This document shows positions 51,623 through 64,000 of a stretch of 64,000 bases of DNA, piece by piece. The stretch covers positions 20,398,001 through 20,462,000 of the forward strand of contig OZ193909.1 in NCBI GenBank assembly GCA_964276515.1. The letters are read 5' to 3'. The notes below the pieces were generated by a model that searched no databases, was not told the DNA's origin, and saw only the letters and a list, made by a program, of their open reading frames with translations. The first letter of the stretch is position 1; every line of letters begins with the position of its first letter. The position numbers were made by a program, and so were the translations under genes. The stretch is from Gordius albopunctatus (lineage: Eukaryota).

Positions 51623-54600
51623 CTCTTCTTCTTCTTCTTCTTTATCAGTCATTTGGTCCCACATTGGTGGGGTTTGTTTTTGTAGAGAGGTAAAGTGCCT
51701 CCAGGGATACGATAGTTACCTGCGTGTTGATGTTATTTACACGCGCGTTGGCGATCAAATTTGATGTTATTTACACGCGCGTTGGCGATCAAATTATCGT
51801 TAATTGGTTGTAACATATAAAGGCGTTGGATATATACGCCAGGACACTTGTGGTTGTAGTCGTTTTTTTTGTATCACACCCCTAATAGTTTACGTGAATA
51901 AATATCAGCCCTTAACAGTGGCGTCGTGAGTAGGATCCTACGCGGAGATGCAGAAATATAAAACAACGGCTAACATCGACGCTTTCTTAACCCAATTTGA
52001 GTTATTCCTTAGGAACAATAAGACGGAGACAGATGAACAAAATGCCGCGCTATTATTAACCAGCCTCGAGGGGGATGCATTCCAATTAATACTAGAGGGT
52101 TATAGACCGCAAGAGTTGACAGGAATTACATACGAAGAAGCGAAAAATCGATTAAGGAAATTATTCCAGAGAAATTCATGTACGAGGGCAAAGAGGTACG
52201 AATTCTCAAAGCTCCGACAAGGCTAGGGAGAGACGATAGACACGTACGCTAATAGACTCAAGGCCGGGGCTAATAGCTGCAACTTCGGAAATGAAGAAGT
52301 GCAGAGCAGAATCGTCGACCAATCCATTATAGGATTGCGCGATAGAAGCTTACAAGCGAGACTGTTGGCAGAAAATGACATCAAATGGGACCGCCTACGG
52401 GAGCTGGCAGTAACGGCCGACACGATAAATGGCGGGCTAAGCACCTTGCAGGACGGGGGCGAAGAGGCGTGGAGCGTAGTTGCGAGACGAGAAGCGTGGC
52501 CTGGGCCGGTCCGGATTCCCAGGTTAAACCATGCTTTAGATGTGTTAACAGTTGATATATATATTAATAACGAATTGTTCCAATTTATCGTCGATACCGG
52601 CGCTACGGTTTCGATATTACCAGCGCAAAGATGGGCGAAGGAGATCCCACGCAACAAAGAGGCCGTCCCGACGGTGTACGCCTACGGCCACGGGGAAATA
52701 AAGATCGTAGCCAAGGTACAAGCCGATGTCCGATTGGGTTACACGAGGAAACAGCTGTCGTTATTGCTAGCAGATGTAGCGGGGCCGCCGCTATGCGGGA
52801 TCGATTGGATACAAGAATTCGAACCCGAAGTATGGCGTCAAATGCGTTGGAACTCGAGAACAGCGGCGGAATGGTTCGCGGTCAATTACGTGGAAAGACC
52901 GAAGGATATCAAGTTAGCGATACAGCACGTGATGAAGCGATGGGAGGGCCAGCGAAACGAATTCCCGCAAGCAGTCAAGGGAATAACGGTGGAAGTACCG
53001 GTAAAAGAGGGCATAGATCCCGTATTTATCCCCGCGCGAAGAGTGACGATGGCGTGGAAGAAAGAAATAGAAGAAGAACTGAATAAATGGGTCAGAGACG
53101 GGGTGATAGAACCAATCGATTTCTCTAGATGGGCCAGCCCAGTGGTACCCGTGAAAAAAAGCGATGGGACTCTGCGATTATGTATAGACTACCGGTTTAC
53201 GATAAATAAATACGCACAAGGGTTGATGTACCCCTTACCCAAAATCGACGATTTGTTAAATAAACTCGATAACGCGTGTTATTGTACGAAGCTAGACCTC
53301 ACGAAAGCGTACTTACAGCTTGAATTAGGACCAGAGACGAGCCAACGGTTGACGATCTCGACTTACAAGGGCTTATTCAAGGTTAACCGGATGCCGTTTG
53401 GTTTAAATTGTGCCGCGGCTATTTTCCAAAAAACAATGGACCAAATATTAGGAGGCATGGAGGGGGTAGCGGTATACATCGACGACATACTAATTGCAGG
53501 GGAAACGGAAGAAATTCACAACGAGCGGTTACTCAAAGTACTAGAAACGTTACAAAAGTGGGGGTTCGTGCCAAACATTACCAAGAGCAACTTGTGGGCG
53601 AAGGAAGTAACCTTTTTGGGATACATAATAAGTAACAGTGGGATTCAAATCAACGACAATAAAGCCGAAATAGTCAAGCAGTGGAAAAATTTAACAAACG
53701 AAAATGAAATAAAATCCTTCCTGGGGTTAACAGCATACTTTGCAAAGTTCATTAAGGACTACGCCAAAATCATACACCCGATTCAAAAACTAATGAAAAA
53801 AAATGTGTTGTACCACTGGGGTAGAGAACAACAAGGCTCGTTTGAAGCTATCAAATCCGCCCTTACGAAAGCCCCCGTACTGGCGTACTTTAGTGGAGAT
53901 TGGGAGACGGGGCTGGTAGTAGACGCCTCTAGTACAGGGTTAGGGGCCATCTTACAGCAACGAGCACCAGGAGAGAATTGGAGGGTGGTGGCCTATGCGT
54001 CAAGAGCGTTAAACGATAGCGAAAGCCGGTATGCGACGATCGAACGAGAGGCTCTGGCGGTGGTGTATGGACTAAAAAAGTTCAATGAATTTATACAGGG
54101 ACGAAGCGTAACTATTATGACGGATCATAGACCGCTAGTATATATATTCGACCAGAGCAAAAAGGGCAAGGAACAATGGTCACCTCGGCTAACTAGGTGG
54201 GTGCTCATGGTATCAGGCTACACAACCAAGTTCGAGTACAACAAGGGAGCCGAAAACGCGGCAGATTTCTTGTCCAGGAAACCGAACGAACACGCGTATC
54301 AGGTTACCGAAGAAATTCCAGAAGACTCGACGAATCCGTTTATTTCATTGGACGTAGTAAGACAACGCACCTGGGAGGATCCGGGGCTACGTCAAGTAAA
54401 AGAGTGGATGAAAGGTAAACAAAACACAATGGTCACGGGTGGGCTAAAACGCACCTACGAAAAACACCTGCCAAAGTTGCATGAGGCCAAGAGCATAATA
54501 TATTACAAAGGGCGACGAATATTAATTCCGGCTAAGTTACGAGGAGCGGTACTACAAAGACTACATAGGGGCCACGTGGGTATCAAGCGAATGCAAGAAG

Positions 54601-57600
54601 TGGCGCGGCAGTATATATGGTGGCCTACTCTCGACGAGGACTTATTGAGCGTAGCGAAAGGATGCCGGAATTGCAATTACACGGCCACGGCGGCGAAGAA
54701 GGCACCGTTGATAGAGTGTCAACCTAGCCAAAAACCATGGGTCCAAGTAGATATCGATATCATGGGGCCTCTCAAGGGTAAATTATACCTCGTGATGGTT
54801 GACAATAGTTCGAAATGGGTAGAGGTGTTTAAGTTAGAAGACACCACGTCGACAACCATTATAAAAAAACTTGCCGAGACGTTTGCGAGATTTGGAAATC
54901 CACCATGGCTAATATCGGATAATGGCCCACAATTCAAAGGACAGGATTTAAAAAACATTTGCAAGATGAGAGGGATTAATCAGCGATGGACAGCTCCGTA
55001 CCATCCTGCGTCGAACGGTTTGGCAGAAAGATACGTACGATTAATGAAAGAAGCCATCATGAGGAACGAGTCGGAAGTAGGGATAAATAGATTTCTGGAA
55101 AACTATAGATCGACAAAACACCACACAACCAATAAAAGCCCGGCAGAGATGATGTTAAAAAGGCGTATGCGAACCGAATGGGAGGTATTAAGGGAAACCG
55201 TACCGCAACAATGGGTAGAGACCGGGAACCCACGAATGTTCAACGTAGGAGACTTGGTGTGGGTACGCATGTTCCTGGGTCCAAGAAAATGTGTGGAAGC
55301 ACGATAAAGCCAAACACGGGAGTCGTTCCTACGATGTATGGGCACAGGGAAGAAAGCACCACCGACACCTGGATCAAGTAAGGAAACGGAAAATCCTAGA
55401 TTGGACCACGCTGGGGCAAGAGAACGGGTGGCCACAAAGAATATCACCAGAAAGGGAAGTGGGAACAAATGCGCCAATGGAACAAATGCAAAACAGGGTA
55501 ACAAGTGCGACAAGGGAACAAAGCCAAAACCAGACAGGAACGCCTAGGGAAGAACCGAGATACCCACAACGTAGCCGGAAACCGCCAGCATTCCTTAAGG
55601 ATTTTTTCTGTGGAACTTAGTATATGTCCATACCACCTTAGCCGATTTTCGTTAATCATGTCCGCCATAGGTTGAATACCCATTTTTGTCATGAGAAAGT
55701 CATTCGTCATATGGTCGAGCTTAGTATACCCCAAGCTCCACCGTATCATTCTCATCTCCGTGGCTTGTAATAGCTTTCCTTCCGTGGTGTTTAATGCCCA
55801 TGTTTCACTTCCATAGAGTAACACCGGTCTTACGATGGATTTGTAAGCTTTGCTCTTCAACCATATTGGCATTTTCCTGTCGCACATTACACCGGATATA
55901 CTTCGCCATTTAAGCCATCCTTTTTGAATCCGGGCATTGATTTCAGTTGCACAACCTCCCTCTTGATGTAGCATAGAGCCGAGGTAAGTAAACCTGTCTA
56001 CTTTTGGGTACTTTAGGTGGTCATCCAGCGATGGGGTGCTTGTACCGTTCATTTCCATGTATAACGTTTTTCGATCGTTGACCTTTAAACCATATCCAGC
56101 TAAGCGCTTTGATCACTTTTCTGCTTCTTCGAATACCTTCTCCCTTGTTTCCTCGCATAGTACTATATCATCGGCATATAGCATACACCATGGTGATGGC
56201 TTTTGAAAGTCCCTCGTTATCGTGTCTATAATTATATTAAATAAAGAGGGACTTAAAGCAGAGCCTTGATGTAATCCAATATTAACCCGAAAAGGTTTAG
56301 AGTCTCCAACTGTCGTCCTAACGCAAGAGTTTGAGGCTTCATAGATATTTTTCATAAGCCGTATATATGCGTCAGGGATATTTTGTTTCCTCAGGCACCA
56401 CCATATTAAATCGCGGGGGACCGTGTCATAAGCTTTCTCCGAGTCGATAAAAACCATATGTAGGTATTTCCTCTTTTCACCATACTTATACATCATTTGT
56501 CTTAGGGGGAAGATTGGATCGATTGTTGATTTGCCGTTCACGAATCCGAATTGATTAGCCGATATTTACACTTAGTTTTTCAGCCTTGTTACTAAGATCT
56601 TTTCCATAAGCTTCAAGGAGTGGCAAGTTAACTTGATACCTCTGTAATTTCCGCAGTCCTGAGGGTCTCCTTTGCCTTTGAATAAGGTATAATCGTGCTT
56701 GCTCTCCATTGATTAGGGATTCGCTCTTCTACCAATATCTTATTAAGGAGGTTCGTCATGGTGGTGACTCCTTCCTCACGACATCCGAGCAATGCTTCCA
56801 TAGGTATTCCATCTGGGCCATTTGCTTGTCCTTTTTGCATCTTGTTCATTCGTGTCCTAACTTCATCCTTCTGAAAGAGTTCGACCATACTTATATTTGG
56901 CTCAATTTCGGGAAGGGAATCCTTGTCATTTGCAATATTCATAAGTTTCTTAAAATATCCTTTCCACCTTTCCATCACTTCCTTCGGCTTGAATAAGGTT
57001 TGACCCTTCTCGCTTTTGACTATTTTAAGAACTCCGACATCTCGAATTTTCTTCTCCCTTATCTTGGCCAATTTGTACATAAGCCTATCGCCCCCTTTAT
57101 GATCCAGTTTGTTTGCCATCTCGGTGTACCCAGCATTCTTTGCTTTTGCAACGGCCTTTTTTGCGGCCCTCTTTGCGTCCCTGTACTCTTGATAATCCTC
57201 CGACTTTTTTGATTTATGCCACCGTCTATATAGATTTTTCTTTATTTCGATGAAATCTTTAACCGATTGATCACACCACCATAGTTCCCTATTCATAGCT
57301 TTGCCTCCTTTGGTCTGTCCTAGAACACGAATCGCTGTTTCCTTAATGTCCTTAGATAGCGTCTCCCAATCTTCGTCTACGTCCCTTTGCAACTTCCTTG
57401 CACCCAAGAGTGAGGAGGCTTTTTGATGGTATTCTTCGTTCGTCGACGTATCCTTTAGCCTTTCGTATCGAATTCGAGGTTCATATACCTTTCTTCTTTC
57501 AGGAAATACTCTTCTGTCAAGATCCATAACAAGGGGACGATGTTGCCTGGCGATTTCTTCTCCCGGTATTACTTTGCAATCCTTGATACTCCATAAGTCC

Positions 57601-58483
57601 TTTCGCCGTATTAGCAAATAGTCGATTTGACTAAAATGCTTCCCACTTCTATAGGTCACAATATGATCTTCGCGCTTTTGAAAATAGGTGTTAACGATTG
57701 CCATGTCATATGCTTGGGATACTTGGAGAAGATTTTCCCCTTCTTTGTTCTTCAGACCATGCCCATAGCCTATATGATTGCGTTCATACCCGAGGCGATC
57801 TTTCCCTACGTGAGCGTTGAAATCGGCCCCAATAATTAGCCTTTCTTCCTGTCGGATTCCTTGTATTTCCTTTTCCAATGATTCGAAGAATATGTCTTTC
57901 TCTGATTCCGAACACCCAATTTGGGGAGCATACGCGCACATAACGGTTAGGAGGCCCCCTTGATCCGCAATCTTCACCCACATCAGCCTGTCGGAACAAC
58001 GTTTGACTTCCACCACCTTGTCCTTGAACGATTCGCTTAGAACGATACCGACCCCGTTTCTACGATTTGGTGACCCACTGTAGAAAAGCTTGTATCCTTC
58101 TCCTAATTCCCGAGCTTTCGTTCCGTTCCACCTCGTCTCTTGTAGGCAGGCGATGTGTACCTTTCTTCTTTTTAGCATCTGTGCGACCTCGATGCTCTTC
58201 CCCGTCAACGTTCCCACATTCCAGCACGTAATTCGCATTATTTCCACAACTAGTTTCCTTAACCGCCTTCGTTGTGAGTTAGGCAGTAACCCTAGTGTAT
58301 TTTTCACATTGCACGGGCGGGGTATGCAGTGCGCGTCGTTTGTGGAGGACGCCCTAGCCTTTTCTTGTAAAATCTCGTTTAAAACTATCATAAATTTTGG
58401 AGTTGATTTTTATAGCCGGTTTCCGACCTGACGCCAACCCTCCACTTTTTGCACACGGACTTGGGACCGTCGTAGGTAGTGTT
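51623..58483 (-). mobile_element. Mirror copy of RTE-A
   Basis: Identical ORFs 56628-58391, 56113-56541 and 55444-56058; (TTC)n tail at ~51623-51640. Confidence 0.92.
51681..55612 (+). mobile_element. Mirror copy of Gypsy A (5' LTR 51681-51917, PBS 51919-51936, gag-pol 51948-55307)
   Basis: Identical 92-aa and 1002-aa ORFs. Confidence 0.95.
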
Positions 58484-60222
58484 TATGTTATCACCATACA
58501 ACATTATAAAGATAAGTTAGCAGAATTTGATAAAATTTATCAACCACCACAGATTTTTCCAAAGCTGGTTATATAGCGCCTTCAATTTTCGCATATATTG
58601 TACGCGAAGTTTTTTTTTGTTACATTAAAAATAAAAGTGTCGAAATTTTTTTGAAATTTTCTTCCCCCTTGAGAAAATCCTTGCTACGCGCCTGACTAAA
58701 TGTGACAAACAGCTATAAGAAAAAATATATATATATATATATTATTGTTTGCCATAATAGGATTAAATTTTAAATTTTTTTTAATTAAAAATCTTTATTA
58801 GGTTAAATCTATATTTTAAATTCAGTATTTATATACCTTTGCTGGTTATAGGAACACATTATATAATTCAAAAACAGCAATTATACAAGTCGACGTAATT
58901 TGACAATCAATTATAATAGGGAAATTTACTCGCAGCGATAATATATTATTTTTACTTTTTTTCCAAAACCTTTTGACTTTTAGATAAATGAGGTTTAAAA
59001 TGTTAAAAATGTTATTTTAGCCTTTTTAAGGTTAGATTCTCACTCCATTCGTGATTTATTTCCATAAATAGTCATATAAACCAATAGATCATTGATTAAT
59101 CTACCCGTGGGGTAAAAAATGTTTTTTTGTTTCACTTTTATATTTAAATTTATATGTGTGCTTGGTTAGAAATGGGACTAGTGTAACAGGAGGAGAGAGG
59201 AAGAGAAAGATAGCGAGTTAAATATTAGTATACATCTCATAAGTACTATGTTTTTCCTTTACCCAGACATAGTGGGAGGATTTATTATGAGGGGAAGGGG
59301 TTCAGATTAACACTTATGCACTAAAGTTCTTAGTGGCATTACCAGAACAAAATTTCTAGCAAAAATCCTTTCATCTGGTTATGTTTAGTCGACTAAAACC
59401 AAAGATCGACCAAACAAAAACCCAGCCGTTTTTACAACACTACATTTGAATATAAAGGTGAAATGGGAAATATAATTATATAGTCCGGTAAACCGACCAA
59501 ATATCGATAGGGATGTAAATCTATTTGAAAAAAAAAACAAATTAAAATATAAATAGGAATTCAGCTTCAAATTAAAAATGCTATTTTTTATACCGCTACC
59601 TCATTTATCTGGATATCTAGCTGGAGGTTTTTGGGAATCAAAACATAATATTCTCAGCCTCAAGTTCTCTACAGAGGTAAGATTTGTTAAAAATTTTCTG
59701 TTCTAGACTGCCGACCCGAGTCCGTCCAAACCCTTCAAAGTGCTCGCCCTGCCATGTCCGAATTATTAGACCTGCCCAAACTGACCGGCCGAAATAATGT
59801 TTTTTGAAATTTTTAGCAGTAATATTGTTATATTTTCTACAATTTTGTAATTTTAATTTAGCGGGCCGAGCTTTTCTGATCACACTTTCTCTATCATAAT
59901 TAATTGCCAGATCACGAGTTATTTTTATCGTTTAGCTTTATTACTCTTTTTAAAGATTCGCGCTATTATAGGTGATATATTTATAAAAAAAATATTAGAT
60001 AAGTTATATTTAGAATCTAAAACAAATATTATACTTGTTTTTATGAATGAGAACTAAGGTTAAATTTAGAAATACTTGATGCTTGCTTAGTTCATCGTCA
60101 TTAATTTGATTAATAAAATTAGAGAAATGTGTTGGATATACCTAAATTCATCAAACTTCGAACTAAATTGCCTGTTAATGAGCCTATAGCTTAGACAAAA
60201 TTAAAATTTAAATGGGCCATCT

Positions 60223-60589
60223 GGGCTACAATGGAGATGCTAATGTCTAGATTGATCTTGGGAATATGCAAGAAGGACCATATAAGAAATCAAGACATAA
60301 GGGATAAACTAAATGTAGTTCCGATTCAGAGAAAGTTGGTGGTAAGAAGATTGAGATGGTATGGCCATTTGGAGAAACGGGAGGAAAGTCACTTGGCAAA
60401 TCGTATCAAGAAAGTGCAAGTCGAAGGTAAGCGAAAGAGAGGGAGACCTAAACTGATATGGAAGCATAAAATAGATATGGACTTAAGAAGGTACGAGCTA
60501 AAGCGAAGCTGGTGTAAGTGCAGGAATACATGGAGAACATACTTGAAGTAGCTGATCCCCAAGTGTGACAAACAGCTATAGGAAAAGAA
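60223..60589 (+). mobile_element. Mirror copy of the short RTE-B 3' fragment
   Basis: ORF 60231-60551 is identical to 22368-22688. Confidence 0.88.
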
Positions 60590-61141
60590 ATCATACGAGT
60601 ATATTAGCACTTAATAGATGAATCAATAAAAACGGGAAGATCAACTTAGAAAGGTATTTAATCCATTATCTCTCTGATTAGCTATAATTAATCCTCTATC
60701 GAAATTGTAATAACAATGTGCAGACAAAACACAAATTTTAAAATGTGATATACTGACTAACGGTGGTCGTTATAAAATTGTTAATGATTTTTCTATATTT
60801 CTCCTTAAATTAGTGTCGGTCCATTTTTATAAATTTTCTAAATTTTATAATGTAAATTTATCACAGTACCATAGAAATATCTGATTTTTATATTAGGGTA
60901 AATATAGTTCGTTTCATTTATTTTTTTCTTAGCAATATTACACACAAAATAGAAAGTATGTGACTTACAAGATTTTAAGTTTGCTGATGGAAAAATCGTG
61001 GTGATCATATAGTGTAAGCTTATAATTTTATATCCCTGCCAATACAGCAAGAGCCGGCATTCTAAGTCGGCTTAAGCTCCATAGACGCCAATAGATCTGA
61101 TGCGTTCATTGCACAATTTGCCATATCTAACAACTTCCCTG

Positions 61142-61341
61142 NNNNNNNNNNNNNNNNNNNNNNNNNNNNNNNNNNNNNNNNNNNNNNNNNNNNNNNNNNN
61201 NNNNNNNNNNNNNNNNNNNNNNNNNNNNNNNNNNNNNNNNNNNNNNNNNNNNNNNNNNNNNNNNNNNNNNNNNNNNNNNNNNNNNNNNNNNNNNNNNNNN
61301 NNNNNNNNNNNNNNNNNNNNNNNNNNNNNNNNNNNNNNNNN
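61142..61341. other. Assembly gap (200 N)
   Basis: Run of N. Confidence 1.
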
Positions 61342-64000
61342 AAAAATTTAAAATTTAATCCTATTATGGCAAACAATAATATATATATATATATATTTTT
61401 TCTTATAGCTGTTTGTCACATTTAGTCAGGCGCGTAGCAAGGATTTTCTCAAGGGGGAAGAAAATTTCAAAAAAATTTCGACACTTTTATTTTTAATGTA
61501 ACAAAAAAAAACTTCGCGTACAATATATGCGAAAATTGAAGGCGCTATATAACCAGCTTTGGAAAAATCTGTGGTGGTTGATAAATTTTATCAAATTCTG
61601 CTAACTTATCTTTATAATGTTGTATGGTGATAACATAAACACTACCTACGACGGTCCCAAGTCCGTGTGCAAAAAGTGGAGGGTTGGCGTCAGGTCGGAA
61701 ACCGGCTATAAAAATCAACTCCAAAATTTATGATAGTTTTAAACGAGATTTTACAAGAAAAGGCTAGGGCGTCCTCCACAAACGACGCGCACTGCATACC
61801 CCGCCCGTGCAATGTGAAAAATACACTAGGGTTACTGCCTAACTCACAACGAAGGCGGTTAAGGAAACTAGTTGTGGAAATAATGCGAATTACGTGCTGG
61901 AATGTGGGAACGTTGACGGGGAAGAGCATCGAGGTCGCACAGATGCTAAAAAGAAGAAAGGTACACATCGCCTGCCTACAAGAGACGAGGTGGAACGGAA
62001 CGAAAGCTCGGGAATTAGGAGAAGGATACAAGCTTTTCTACAGTGGGTCACCAAATCGTAGAAACGGGGTCGGTATCGTTCTAAGCGAATCGTTCAAGGA
62101 CAAGGTGGTGGAAGTCAAACGTTGTTCCGACAGGCTGATGTGGGTGAAGATTGCGGATCAAGGGGGCCTCCTAACCGTTATGTGCGCGTATGCTCCCCAA
62201 ATTGGGTGTTCGGAATCAGAGAAAGACATATTCTTCGAATCATTGGAAAAGGAAATACAAGGAATCCGACAGGAAGAAAGGCTAATTATTGGGGCCGATT
62301 TCAACGCTCACGTAGGGAAAGATCGCCTCGGGTATGAACGCAATCATATAGGCTATGGGCATGGTCTGAAGAACAAAGAAGGGGAAAATCTTCTCCAAGT
62401 ATCCCAAGCATATGACATGGCAATCGTTAACACCTATTTTCAAAAGCGCGAAGATCATATTGTGACCTATAGAAGTGGGAAGCATTTTAGTCAAATCGAC
62501 TATTTGCTAATACGGCGAAAGGACTTATGGAGTATCAAGGATTGCAAAGTAATACCGGGAGAAGAAATCGCCAGGCAACATCGTCCCCTTGTTATGGATC
62601 TTGACAGAAGAGTATTTCCTGAAAGAAGAAAGGTATATGAACCTCGAATTCGATACGAAAGGCTAAAGGATACGTCGACGAACGAAGAATACCATCAAAA
62701 AGCCTCCTCACTCTTGGGTGCAAGGAAGTTGCAAAGGGACGTAGACGAAGATTGGGAGACGCTATCTAAGGACATTAAGGAAACAGCGATTCGTGTTCTA
62801 GGACAGACCAAAGGAGGCAAAGCTATGAATAGGGAACTATGGTGGTGTGATCAATCGGTTAAAGATTTCATCGAAATAAAGAAAAATCTATATAGACGGT
62901 GGCATAAATCAAAAAAGTCGGAGGATTATCAAGAGTACAGGGACGCAAAGAGGGCCGCAAAAAAGGCCGTTGCAAAAGCAAAGAATGCTGGGTACACCGA
63001 GATGGCAAACAAACTGGATCATAAAGGGGGCGATAGGCTTATGTACAAATTGGCCAAGATAAGGGAGAAGAAAATTCGAGATGTCGGAGTTCTTAAAATA
63101 GTCAAAAGCGAGAAGGGTCAAACCTTATTCAAGCCGAAGGAAGTGATGGAAAGGTGGAAAGGATATTTTAAGAAACTTATGAATATTGCAAATGACAAGG
63201 ATTCCCTTCCCGAAATTGAGCCAAATATAAGTATGGTCGAACTCTTTCAGAAGGATGAAGTTAGGACACGAATGAACAAGATGCAAAAAGGACAAGCAAA
63301 TGGCCCAGATGGAATACCTATGGAAGCATTGCTCGGATGTCGTGAGGAAGGAGTCACCACCATGACGAACCTCCTTAATAAGATATTGGTAGAAGAGCGA
63401 ATCCCTAATCAATGGAGAGCAAGCACGATTATACCTTATTCAAAGGCAAAGGAGACCCTCAGGACTGCGGAAATTACAGAGGTATCAAGTTAACTTGCCA
63501 CTCCTTGAAGCTTATGGAAAAGATCTTAGTAACAAGGCTGAAAAACTAAGTGTAAATATCGGCTAATCAATTCGGATTCGTGAACGGCAAATCAACAATC
63601 GATCCAATCTTCCCCCTAAGACAAATGATGTATAAGTATGGTGAAAAGAGGAAATACCTACATATGGTTTTTATCGACTCGGAGAAAGCTTATGACACGG
63701 TCCCCCGCGATTTAATATGGTGGTGCCTGAGGAAACAAAATATCCCTGACGCATATATACGGCTTATGAAAAATATCTATGAAGCCTCAAACTCTTGCGT
63801 TAGGACGACAGTTGGAGACTCTAAACCTTTTCGGGTTAATATTGGATTACATCAAGGCTCTGCTTTAAGTCCCTCTTTATTTAATATAATTATAGACACG
63901 ATAACGAGGGACTTTCAAAAGCCATCACCATGGTGTATGCTATATGCCGATGATATAGTACTATGCGAGGAAACAAGGGAGAAGGTATTCGAAGAAGCAG
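61342..64000 (+). repeat. Third, direct copy of 24140-26798 (hAT-like left end and RTE-A 5' part from 61638)
   Basis: Constant offset of 37202; identical 587-aa APE ORF at 61730-63493. It includes the same flanking junctions, so it is the same locus rather than a new insertion. Confidence 0.95.

Larger units (their letters stand above)
49995..58694. mobile_element. Mirror copy of the hAT-like element, including MITE 50916-51129
   Basis: CAGGCGCGTAGC at 49995 and GCTACGCGCCTG ending at 58694; TSD ACTAAATG on both sides. Confidence 0.85.
42024..61141. repeat. Right arm of the inverted duplication; exactly one gap-to-gap contig
   Basis: Reverse complement of 21778-40894 with only scattered substitutions and homopolymer differences. 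Confidence 0.98.

Overview
AT-rich eukaryotic (intron-containing, probably invertebrate animal) scaffold segment. It holds two convergent host genes: a CCP110/CP110 centriolar protein homologue (+, 10526-16182) and COX10 protoheme IX farnesyltransferase (-, 20574-17444). Most of the rest is transposon-derived: a decayed RTE-like LINE, a dead PGBD2/3-like piggyBac, hAT- and Harbinger-type MITEs, and a small inverted-repeat element carrying a minimal hammerhead ribozyme motif. There is also a four-level nest (RTE > hAT-like > RTE > Gypsy) whose order can be read from target-site duplications. The most unusual sequence is a GC-richer retroelement at ~38880-41823 (-). It has a gag-like ORF overlapping an RT-RNase H ORF with DIRS/hepadnavirus-type motifs. 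No protease, integrase, tyrosine recombinase or LTR is visible, and it ends in a TATA box, an AATAAA and two strong hairpins; its 5' end is lost in an assembly gap. Positions 42024-61141 are a near-identical inverted copy of 21778-40894 bounded by two 200-N gaps, and 61342-64000 is a third, direct copy of 24140-26798. These copies are most likely assembly/haplotype redundancy.
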